Positions 1 through 10,822 of a DNA stretch of 63,879 nucleotides are shown here, one piece after another; positions within the stretch are counted from its first letter, which is position 1; each line of letters starts with the position of its first letter. Below the pieces are notes generated by a model. That model searched no databases, was not told the origin of the DNA, and saw only the letters and a program-made list of their open reading frames with translations. The position numbers and the translations under genes are program-made. Source of the stretch: Octopus bimaculoides. Its lineage: Eukaryota. The stretch lies in contig NC_068987.1 of assembly GCF_001194135.2 (NCBI RefSeq), forward strand, positions 91,782,363-91,846,241. The letters run 5' to 3'.

Positions 1-39
<39 letters not shown>

Positions 40-190
40 AAATTTGTGTGTTTGTTTGTGTGTGTTTCTCCCCAACCCCTACGCAACATCGCTCGACAAC
101 CGGTGTTTGTGTATCTACGTCCCCGTAAGCTAGCGTTTCCTCAAAAGACAACCGATAGAATAAGTACCAGGTATACAATTATAGAGCACT
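1..190 (+). mobile_element. SINE family A (tRNA-derived, central TA/TG microsatellite), 3' half
   Basis: (TA)n followed by catcgctcgacaaccggtgt...acgtccccgtaagctagcg...accgatagaataagtaccagg, matching the 3' half of the better copy at 20864-21278. Confidence 0.75.
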
Positions 191-349
191 TGAAAAACTC
201 ACCGCTGGAACCGCTGAAGGATCGCTAAATTGTATTTTGTCGGCATTATATATCCATTCCTAAATCACAATTGTATAAAATCTGTCAGTATTATTTGTAC
301 ACATATTATGCTAATGAACACTGTTACAAACATACTCACACAGCTTCAT

Positions 350-612
350 ATCAATGAGTGATATCGGAATTCCGAAGCAAATTCTCAAGCGATGTAACTT
401 TCCTTTTTATTCCTGGGAAAACAAATTATCGGAACTCAGGACCTGGTACCAGTTCTGCTTCTCCTCAGTTAAACAGATTTGAGCAAAATCGACTCCAACA
501 TCGGAAGCAACTTCGTGCAAGCATGAAAGCATGCTGACAAGATGCTGCTACCTCTAAAAACAAAAATTGCCTGTCATTGCGGCAGAGCAGGCCTTGCCGT
601 CTCCTGAAGAAA
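350..612 (+). mobile_element. RTE-clade LINE ORF2 C-terminal remnant (degraded)
   Basis: Translates in pieces as MSDIGIPKQIL (RTE motif M.D.RIPKQ.L), RFEQNRLQHRKQLR and CHCGRAGL; stops and frameshifts present. Confidence 0.55.
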
Positions 613-915
613 ACACATAGTGAATGATCAATAATCACTCGTGCAAACTCAGTCCTCGGTTTGTTCCATTTACCAAAAGGTTTACAAAGCACCTGCAGGC
701 CTCAAGAGACACATTCCTGTCCATAGAACATGAATCACGCTTTATTTTATCGAACACTCAATTGTCATTTACGACAACAGTATCCATCATCATCATGATC
801 ATCATCATCATCATCATCGTCGTCATCATCATCATCGTCGTCATCGTCGTCAACATCATCATCATATGTATGTATATATATGTACATATATAAATATATA
901 CGTATATAAATATGC

Positions 916-989
<74 letters not shown>

Positions 990-1010
990 ATATATATATA
1001 TATATATATA
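916..1010. repeat. (TCTA)n plus (TA)n microsatellite
   Basis: Direct reading. Confidence 0.95.
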
Positions 1011-2029
1011 GGTTTATATATATGTGTGTGTGTATGTGTGTAAATATATATACATACATATGCATACATATATACTCATATATATATATATGTATAAGCA
1101 TTCATGCAGGTGGGTATGCATGCACGCGCGCACGCGCACACACACACACACACACATCTGTGAGTGTGTTTCTATTCCTCTTAACCATTATTTATTGTTA
1201 TTTTTAACTATTTAAGATGTGCCATAAATCATTGCTATGATACATAACTCGTTATTACTTTACAGATAAGCGCAAATGACTTATAGCGATAGTAAGAGTT
1301 AGAAGTACAGAACCGTTCATAAACAAGGGATAAACCAATAAAATCTAGCTTTTATTAGATATTTTATACAATATTTTCTTTCTTATTTTGTCATATGCTT
1401 TAACTTTTTAGTTATGTTTAATATTTTTAAATGTTTGTCTCTGTGATAAAATATAATTTGGTGCGTAAATTTTAAAGCTACAATTTAGTTACAACATTCC
1501 GACAGAAACGAGAAATGGCAACTATAAAAGCCAACCTGCTACAACATCGTAAATTTCGAAAAAAAAAAAAAATGGAATATATGGTAAGGGGAGCAAATGG
1601 AAGGGGATATGGTAAGAAAGTGCAACATGAGCAGGAAGATAGAATCAAAATGGCCATGTAGATAATATATTGAATTATCAATTTATTGGTATTGCGCTTG
1701 TTACTGTTGGTGTTTAACCTCTGGTCAGCTCTTATCGAATTACATTGTTCAATGTAATTTGCTATTTTTTCTGTAAGAAAATATGGTGTCAGAGGAAGGG
1801 AAATGGGTGACTATCTCTAGCAAGTGGCACGACACCGTAAACATACCATCCTTGCAGATATTTTGTTTCTCTTCTTTACAAGATACAAAATTATAAGTGA
1901 TTATGTATAAACATTTCAGGCGTGCTTGTATGCAAGTACACATAAACACACACATGCATACATATATACATACGTAAATCCGTACATACATTCATACATG
2001 CGTAAATCGGTACACACATACACGCGCAC

Positions 2030-2160
2030 ACATAAATACATACATACATACATACGTACGTACATACATACATACATACGTACGTACATATATATATACA
2101 TATATACATACATACATGCATACATACATACATACATGCATACATACATACGTACATACG
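2030..2160. repeat. (TACA)n / (TACG) microsatellite immediately 5' of the R4-clade LINE
   Basis: Direct reading. Confidence 0.9.
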
Positions 2161-2164
2161 TACT

Positions 2165-3078
2165 ACCTTCCACTTTGGAACAGGAAATATCAACCAAGCA
2201 CCTAATGCACAAAAGGGATAGAGATGCAGGAGAATCGGTAAAATGTAGCAACCGATGCAGACTTTGTGGAGATCACACTGAAGATATCACCCACATTTAA
2301 GCAGTTGTCAGAAAATGTCATCACGGTATTATCTACCGATGAGACATGATGTTATAGCTAGGACACTATATAATAAAATCCGTCGGAAGGATAATCTCGA
2401 GGACAAAGAAATAAGAACCCACAATATGGTAGAAGCCAAAGTCACTCATAGTAAAAATACTGGCGGAATGTCCCAGTGAAAACCTCAATAAAATGTAAGC
2501 AGAACAGACCTGATATAATGATTTGGGATAGAGAAGAGAAACTGTGCACAGTTGTGGAAAGTAGCTGCCCAGCGGATGTTAACATTAAGTTGAAGATCAG
2601 TGAAAGAGAGAACACCTATGCTGAACTATTGAGAAATCTACAGTTACTCTATCCAGATTACAAGTTCAGGTTTATACCTGTTATTATTGGGGCCCTGAGA
2701 TATGTAACACACCGCCTAAATACCAATCTTGAGAAATTAGGCTTCTCAAAATCAGAAAGAAGAAAGCTAATTCGAAGACTACAAATCCAATCCATCACTG
2801 GAACTGTAAAAATCTGTAAAACTTTTCAGAAGTTTATCATTTCAATATATATGAGCATGTCTAGATATGCAACTATATACATGAGAACACATACATAAAA
2901 CATACAAATCTGCACATACATGCATACATACATACATACAGACATACATACATACATACATGCATGTATGCATACATACAGACATATAAACAAAAATACC
3001 CTGTTGTTGATGTTGAAATTCCAATGAAGGATCCTTGGATCCAAGTTAGCAAGAAATCTTGAAATAAACTAAATAATG
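2165..3078 (+). mobile_element. 5'-truncated R4/Dong-clade (RLE) non-LTR retrotransposon: zinc knuckle, restriction-like endonuclease, 3' UTR
   Basis: Frameshifted translation EQEISTKHLMHKRDRDAG...CRLCGDHTEDITHI/SSCQKMSSRYYLPMRHDVIARTLY.../VKTSIKCKQNRPDIMIWDREEKLCTVVESSCPADVNI...FIPVIIGAL...GTVKICKTFQKFII. This has the CCHC knuckle, RHD, RPD and E-x-S motifs of RLE elements. 3' UTR ends ...gaaataaactaaataatgac then (ATAC)n. Confidence 0.9.
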
Positions 3079-3137
3079 ACATACATACGTACATACATCC
3101 GTACATGCGTACATACACGCATGCATGCATATAATGT

Positions 3138-3270
3138 TTATTATTTTAACTTCATCCTACAGGGGGAGGTGGTCTCCATTTTTCGATACATGATCAGCTA
3201 TACCCGATTTATCAATATCTCCTCGTATCACAGCTTTGCGACGTTCATCTATCCGTATTTTGAGGGGGCG
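3138..3270 (-). mobile_element. Penelope-like element GIY-YIG endonuclease remnant (C-terminal half, R.L..R..EH type)
   Basis: Minus-strand frame from 3270 reads RPLKIRIDERRKAVIRGDIDKSGIADHVSKNGDHLPL*DEVKII, matching the PLE pattern R.L..R..EH.......KS..A.H......H...W..VKI with one W-to-stop change. Confidence 0.75.
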
Positions 3271-3273
3271 GTA

Positions 3274-3389
3274 TGGAGGGTATATCAACCGAAACTTGTT
3301 AACAACAAACAAGATAAGGGCAACTATCCGTCAAATGTAAATAATGTAAATAATTTACATAATTCCTCATCTCTTAAATATAGAACTGT
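3274..3389 (+). mobile_element. 5'-truncated copy of hammerhead-bearing SINE (family H): 3' half of ribozyme motif plus tail
   Basis: tggagggtatatcaaccgaaacttgttaacaacaaacaagataagggcaactatccgtcaaatgtaaataatgtaaataat aligns with 8371-8450 (reverse complement) and 21355-21439; CUGAUGA half is missing. Confidence 0.85.
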
Positions 3390-3545
3390 CTTTTGTTCTT
3401 GTCTGTAAACGAAGTAGTACGTGTATCTTACCTTGAAGATGTTTTCCCTCATTCCAATGTAATTTCCTTTTGTAATTTCATATTGTCCACATAGTCTATC
3501 TTGTTTTCTCTTCCACTCACAATTATACTACATCTTTTACACAAA
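3385..3545 (-). mobile_element. Penelope-like element GIY-YIG remnant (YIG..E..FK.RY type)
   Basis: Frameshifted minus-strand reading CVKDVV/YNCE...EITKGNYIGMRENIFKVRY/TTSFTDKNKR. Confidence 0.65.
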
Positions 3546-4150
3546 GTGTTTTGGATTCAACCAGTGTTTCTATATATTTCAACGTTACAGTCAATCTGAA
3601 ATTGCATCTCCCCGGTCAGCGTTGAACGCTTATTCTTGGAACTGGTCCCAATAAACGCTAATACATCCCAAAATTTATGAAATTTCTTCCATACTTTCTG
3701 CTAACCCAAATGTGTGATAAGCGTGAATGCCTTCAGGTTATACATGCATGCATCGCACACTTACACACACACATGCACACATACATACACGCACTCAATC
3801 ATTGACACACACTCATACACATGCGCATGCGCGCACGCATACACGTACTGACTCATTCACACACACTCACACACACACAGACACAAACATGCACATATGC
3901 ACTCATTCACACACACACAAACACACTCACGCACACACATACTCACAAAAGCACACGCGCACACACAAGCATACGCACACACACATACACAATACATACA
4001 CACACTCACTCATTGACACGCACTCACACACACGCACATGTACACACACGCACATTTATAATGTTTACGCGCAGGCTTTATCCATCTAATATTCCCATAT
4101 TATTTATAGCCTTGTATGAGGTACAAGAACCAATGAAAAATGAAATTCTA

Positions 4151-4376
4151 TATATGCAGTTAAATATATGTCCGGTCGTAGAGTGACCAATAGTTTCGCA
4201 TCCATTATGCGCTTAGCTGTATAGACGACACGTCAGACTGTAATGACGGAGGGCGTATAACCTCGCTTCAAAGTCCGGATTAGAGTGTGACCGGTAGTCT
4301 ATAAAGCTAAGTCGTTTATGGATGTGAAACCACATGTCTGGTCACTCCATGACCGGAATATATTTAACTGCATGTA
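4151..4376. mobile_element. MITE with about 38 bp terminal inverted repeats
   Basis: Left tatatgcagttaaatatatgtccggtcgtagagtgacca (4151-4189) vs reverse complement of 4339-4376 tacatgcagttaaatatat-tccggtcatggagtgacca: 3 mismatches and 1 indel; TA at both ends. Confidence 0.8.
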
Positions 4377-4435
4377 CATACATTACTACTCTATCCATGA
4401 AAGTGATTCTTTTTCGGATATATAACCCACTGAGG

Positions 4436-4485
<50 letters not shown>

Positions 4486-5159
4486 TTATTTATTTATTTA
4501 TATATTTATTTATTTATTTATTTTATTTGTACTTATAAATAATTTTAAATATTATAAATAATATTGATTTATTTTACTACCTATTTTGAACACTTTTATG
4601 TAAACTGTTTAAACAAAAAGCCGCTCATAACATTTTCTGATCATTGTCAAAGATTCTATTTCATAACATTTTGTTATCATTGCCAAAGACTGTATCACTG
4701 TATTTTAATACATCTATGATAACCATTTTTAATACAACAAAGGCTACACAATGCCTTACATTTTACTGTTGAAAATCTTTTATTTTTTTAAGTGAAACCT
4801 GTCAAGTCAATAAGCATCTTTAAAAGAGCTCTGCATTTCCAAATCCTCTTTCCTATATGTATATATATATATATATCAATACGGAGCAAATAATTCACGA
4901 GAAAAATAATTCACGAAAAAATAATTATCTAGTGTAAGAATTTAAAAATGATAATATCAATATCACTAATATAGGTGATTGCAGGCCCCGTAAAAGCATT
5001 AAATAGCTGAACTCTTATTTAAATCGCCAAAATACACTGATAATAACTACAGAAATCAACCATCCGAAGGCAAACGGACTAAGACAATCTTTCAGCATAC
5101 ATTCAAGTTTTGCCTGTTATTTCCAGCAGGTAGACATACTAAGTATGTCCTTTGATTAA

Positions 5160-5198
<39 letters not shown>

Positions 5199-5216
5199 TA
5201 TATATTACATGTATAT

Positions 5217-5624
5217 CAGAGGCGACGCCAAGTCATCAGCGTCACTCAGGCTCATCACATATTTTGCAGAAGATACATGCCTGATCGAAGAATTTCACGC
5301 TTATCCGTAATATTTATAGCCCCAAATGGCTACTTTTTTTTTAATATATCTAACAACTCGGGTTGTTACTTCTGAGTCCGAGTTCAGGCGCATGTGAATG
5401 ATGTCGCAAGAACATTTGATACGAATGATATTTCTGGATACAGGGCACCTCTAAGACGACCGCCAGAGGCTGAATGAAAATAAATGAACTGCTACCAAGC
5501 TCAAAAGGAGCCAGATTTATTGGCTGCAACTACATACTTGAAGTAAGTGTTGGCAGAAATTAAATCAGCTTGCGAATACACATTCACATTACAAGACCGA
5601 ACATTCCGAGTGATGGAGCCGCCA

Positions 5625-5627
<3 letters not shown>
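5217..5627. mobile_element. Putative hAT-type MITE (CAGWGGCG termini)
   Basis: cagaggcgacgcca (5217-5230) vs reverse complement of 5614-5627 cagtggcggctcca: 11/14 match; flanks atgtatat / atatatat could be an 8 bp TSD but lie in TA repeats. Confidence 0.5.
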
Positions 5628-5672
<45 letters not shown>

Positions 5673-6328
5673 TGTGTGTGTGTTGTTTTCATATTTTAAA
5701 TTACACACAAAAATTGTATGCATTTACATATCTCAGTGTGTTTGTGTAATGCGTGGGTGTACAAATTCCTGATTTTTAAATACTTTAAAATTTGCTTCTT
5801 TTCGGTTGTAAAATAACAGAAATTATTATATGTAGCAATAACGTCAGGAATTTTATTTCTACGATTAAATAGCAAATAATTATCTCCTACTTGCAGAAAC
5901 GCAAATAACTGAATAAATAGCGAACGGGACACATACGTAAATAGGAGGAATAAACCATGAAAGCTATACAAATAGATAAACAACGGAATATATACAATAT
6001 ATTTATCTTTACCGAAAATTTTTATGTATTTTAAAGAATAATAGGTATGCAAATATTTGGCAGGCAAATATTTAGATATGACAAATAATTTTTTGAAAAT
6101 ATGTTTTATGAATATGTGTATGTTATATTAAGAGCGGCAAACTTTCATATTCTGGTTGAGAAATCTCGCGAAAGAATTGTTGATCGAATACATACATGAT
6201 GAATTGTTTAATAGAAATGTGAGTCAATATGGCTATTTTAGTTTCAGTATGTTTCACAAAACATCCTAATATTTTATAGAAACATCACATTTTTCATCGC
6301 TGCCTGATACCAACAGTGTCATTTCTAA

Positions 6329-6561
6329 GACGGCGAGCTGGCAGAAACGTTACCACGCCAGGCGAAATTCTTAGCGGTATTTCGTCTGTCTTTACGTTCT
6401 GAGTTCAAATTCCGCCGAGGTCGACTTTCCCTTCCATCCTTTCGGGGTCGATTAAATAAGTACCAGTTACGCACTGGGCCCGATGTAATCGACTTAATCC
6501 TTTTGTCTGTCCTTGTTTGTCCCCTCTATGTTTAGCCCCTTGTGTACAATAAAGAAATAAA
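6329..6561 (+). mobile_element. SINE family B (tRNA-derived), near full length
   Basis: Head ggcgagctggcagaaacgtta...gttctgagttcaaattccgccgagg (B-box GAGTTCAAATTCC), core gtcgactttcccttccatcctttcggggtcgat, tail caataaagaaataa. Confidence 0.9.
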
Positions 6562-6579
6562 TATTGGTTGCTCAATCTA

Positions 6580-6681
6580 ACGCGGTGAGCTGGCAGAAAC
6601 ATTAGCACGCCGGGCGAAATGCTTAGTGGTATTTCGTCTGTCTTTATGTTCTGAGTTCAAATTCCGCCGAGGTCGACTTTC
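6580..6681 (+). mobile_element. SINE family B, second tandem copy cut by an assembly gap
   Basis: Repeats the head of 6329-6425 almost exactly, then N gap at 6682. Confidence 0.85.
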
Positions 6682-8318
6682 NNNNNNNNNNAAATCACGT
6701 GAGTAATTTCTATGATAGCCTTCAGCTGACATTTTAATAGAAGTTATAGAAGCAGTGAAAGTAGTAGAGGTTTGAGCAGCAGCAGTGGACTCGATGGCTT
6801 CACACATATATTTTTCTATTACTTCTTCAGTCGTAGGTCCGAAGCCAGGCTGCAGCACCGCTTTGGAGAGTTTAGTCGAAGTGATCGACGCCAATACCTG
6901 TTTTAAAGTCAGATTCTTATTTTGTCACTCTCTTTCACCGAACCAATAAGTTACGGGAATGCAAATAAATGCTGGTTATCAATACGGGAGGGGTGGGCTG
7001 CTTGTGCTTACATTTCTCATATTTATCTATTTATTTATTAAAATCAAGTTATATGAAAAATGTAAATGGACACTTTTTCTTCCATGTTTCGTTTGCAGAG
7101 TTATTCACTTGAGTCATTGCAATCACCTCTTTTACTAAAGATTTCTAAATTAATACGATCACGCAATTGTCACCCTCTGTGGAACGAATGTAGGAATTTA
7201 TGTACTTGAGTCAGGTAATGTATATATCCAGAAGTCCGCTAGGTTAAGCTCGAAAAGTTTGGACAGCTTAATATAAATACAACACATACTGTATGCAATA
7301 ATAAACTTGCGTACAAATTTAATGGTCAATTACTTGACATTTGAACCTGCCGTACTATTCATATTATCATTTTGTTCGGCTGTTCGTCTGAAACATTCTT
7401 CTATTTCATTTATATTTTTTTACTTAAAACAATACATAATTAAATAACACGAATGCTACTTCATTTTGTTTTGATTTTAAATAAAGTATAAATTCGTGAT
7501 CTTAATGTAAAATATTTTTTTTTCCTTTTGATTTTAAATACAAAATAACAATTATACTTCCTCGTGTTATATTTCTAAATACAAAATAACAACGTAGAAA
7601 GACTGAGAATTATTTAATAAGTGTCCTGACATCTTTTTATGTATATGCTTTTACAAAATGTGAGAACATGGCTACACCTCTGCATACATACATGATAAAT
7701 ATACTAATATATGCAATTTCATTATTCTTTTTTATATTCATATCACTTAACGCAAAATGCGTTTTTCTGGTTTAGTTTTTGGTTTCCTCACACAAACGAA
7801 TTGTATTTAGCGTGATAATTGGATAATTAGCATGCAGAAGAATGAATGCTGATTAATATAAAAGAACTCAAAACGAAAGACTTTATAATTGTTTTAAATT
7901 TCGTCCAATTTGTTTTTCCTTTTTTCTGATTTCAAGCACAATGCAACCGTTTCAGTGCCTTTACATCACAGATGGGTTAATTAAATAGAATATGCAGTTA
8001 TATATTATCTATCACGAAAATGAAAAGAAAAAAAAATAGACAAAAGCAGTTACATCTCCCAAAAGAAAGCAGATAAAACCTAAACTGATATTAGTTCCCA
8101 CACTCTTACATGTTGTGTGGGTGGGTGGTGATGGTGGTGGTGGATAAGGTTGTGTGAAAGGTGTATCGGAAAAAATAAACTATGGTGCAAATGACGGCGA
8201 GTTTATCGTGGACAAAAGTAATGGCAGATAGGTCGTTATTGTGAAGAACGAAATATTTTGAGGGTACAAACCTTCCTCTCTCACATTTACTGGAATATGG
8301 GTCGTAGGACAACACCCT

Positions 8319-8370
<52 letters not shown>

Positions 8371-8376
<6 letters not shown>

Positions 8377-8532
8377 TACATTATTTATATTTGACAAATA
8401 TTTCTCCTCATCTTGTTTGTTTTTAAAACGTTTCGGCTGATATACCCTCCAAGCCTTCGTCAGGTGTCTTGGGGAAATTTCAAACCTGGGTTCTCATTCC
8501 TAAGGTATTTTTCGATGTTGTTGTTGTTGTTG

Positions 8533-8571
<39 letters not shown>

Positions 8572-8642
8572 TCACTGCCTGAAATCGAACTCGGAATCTT
8601 GGGGTTAGTAGCCCGCGTCCTTAACCACTACTCCATATGCCC
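8371..8642 (-). mobile_element. SINE family H: tRNA-like head, (AAT/AAC)n spacer, hammerhead-ribozyme-like body, AAATAATGT tail
   Basis: Minus strand head gggcatatggagtagtggttaaggacgcgggctactaaccccaagattccgagttcgatttcaggcagtgacctg (8642-8568) with A-box TGGAGTAGTGG, B-box-like GAGTTCGATTTC and anticodon-like loop CTACTAA; spacer 8567-8516; body 8515-8371 shared with 3274-3389 and 21278-21439. Confidence 0.75.
8424..8468 (-). ncRNA. Minimal type I hammerhead ribozyme motif (stem I 3' strand degenerate in this copy)
   Basis: GACAC-CUGACGA-A-GGCU-UGGAGGGUAUAUC-AGCC-GAAA-CGUU. Core CUGANGA at 8463-8457, GAAA at 8434-8431, 4 bp stem II GGCU/AGCC, palindromic AACGUU with GUU triplet. Confidence 0.7.
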
Positions 8643-9415
8643 TGCATTTAACTTGATATAATGATTGCATTGTTTAATTAAATGGAGCCGCTTGAAACGG
8701 TCGTACTGCATCACCTCTTGATACCCTGTTGCTTATTTTGATTTTATTCACCTAAATTTGAGTTGTACGGACAATACCGCCCTGACTTGATGGTTCAATT
8801 TAAGTACCTAATTCAACTGAATCTCAATCTTAGCGTTCATAATAATTTTTCTATCGTCTTGGTTTAACAGACCTCACTGCTTGTTTTACTGCCTTGTGCT
8901 CACTGTCCTGTTCTAACTGTTTTTTACTGTCTTGTTCTAACTGTCCTGTTTTTGTTAACACTTTCACCCTCCGCAAAAAATTCTAAATTTTACTTAATTT
9001 GCTTTGCGGGAAGGACTGTTACAACGAAGACGCGTATTGTCTTTGCCTTCGAAACGTGGAGTAGATGGAGCAAGGACAACCGACGAAGGGGTATATTCTT
9101 TATGTTGCATATTTCATTTCTCTGTCTGCTTTTTCCGTTGTTCGAAAAAAGTTCGTTTTCTTTTTTCGTCTTTATATTTTCGCTTCTCATTATGATTAAC
9201 GTTTTCCTGTGATGTCCTGTACCCATATATGCATGTATATATACATATAGATGTAGGTATGTACATATATGTATGGATATATGCATATGTTTATATATTA
9301 TTCATATTATTATATGATCGAACGCCACGCATCCTTTCCCAAGTAAGTTTTCTCTCTCTCTCTCTCTCTCTCTCTCTNNNNNNNNNNNNNNNNNNNNNNN
9401 NNNNNNNNNNNNNNN

Positions 9416-9451
<36 letters not shown>

Positions 9452-10121
9452 TCTTCATTTGGAATGTTCCGATGCGAGTAATGCTGAAACGAAAAGCTGG
9501 ATAATCAGTAATGAATAGAAATGGAAGCAGATAATCAAGTAGTGATTTAAACGGATTTACGTCGACGTCTGTTGACCACAAATTGATTCCTCTCATTCAT
9601 GTAGGTCGAAATTTTGTTTAATTAAATTGAACAGTTTATACGCGTCGTACTTATTTCATCGATCCTGGAGCGATGCAAGAACAACGTTATCTCCCTTGAC
9701 GGAAGTAACTAAATACAAAAAGGAATTTACCCTTTATTCAGAGTGTTCATACGCCTCATGCAAGACGGGCAATAAATTGCATGCTTATAAAAATTAGTAC
9801 ATTATTGTGTTGGGATTTAACAGCGTCGAGCCAGATTAAATGAAAGGTGGACCCAACTCATGCAGGATTGGAAGCGTAAACATAAACTAACGTTCTATAC
9901 ACAACACCGCATTGTTTAGTCGAGTTCTTGAGAATTTCTACCTTTTCGCCGCATTAAGAATGTGTGAATTGAAGTTCATTGAAATGAAATATTGAAGTCT
10001 TTTTTTCAAATTTTAAAACAAGCAAATATATCGATATGTAAACATAAACATTGTAGGAACATATGCATACAAATTGATGATTGATAGATATATAGATTAA
10101 TTGAAATAATGTAAATCAAAC

Positions 10122-10152
10122 GAGAGAGAGGGAGAGAGAGAGAGAGAGAGGG

Positions 10153-10247
<95 letters not shown>

Positions 10248-10250
10248 GCG
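10122..10250. repeat. (AG)n microsatellite
   Basis: Direct reading. Confidence 0.95.
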
Positions 10251-10765
10251 AGAGGTAGGCGGAGAGGAGACTAAGAGATAAAAATAGCTAGAAATGCGTA
10301 ATGAATAATATAAGCGCTAGATTTTAAGCAGAAAGGTAGAAAGTGGCAATAATATAAGGTGTAACTGCTTAGAAGACAGAGAGATTAAATCTGTAAGTAA
10401 CAAAAGAGAAGCACAACTAGAAAGTAAGAGAAAAAAAAAGTGTTATTGTTTGTAGAGATCATTAAATGTAGATAAGAAAGTACGTCGCGAACATGTACGT
10501 GCATGAATATTATACAGTGTTCCAACATGTGCATGTGTATATATATATATATATATATATATNNNNNNNNNNNNNNNNNNNNNNNNNNNNNNNNNNNNNN
10601 NNNNNNNNNNNNNNNNNNNNNNNNNNNNNNNNNNNNNNNNNNNNNNNNNNNNNNNNNNNNNNNNNNNNNNNNNNNNNNNNNNNNNNNNNNNNNNNNNNNN
10701 NNATATATTCACACACACGCACATACGTATATATATATGATTATATATACATACAGAATGCATTT

Positions 10766-10822
<57 letters not shown>

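Noticed and set aside
8568-8642. Functional tRNA gene (anticodon-like ACT)
   Set aside because: Anticodon and T stems pair poorly, boxes are mutated, and it continues into a repeat body; it is better explained as a SINE head.
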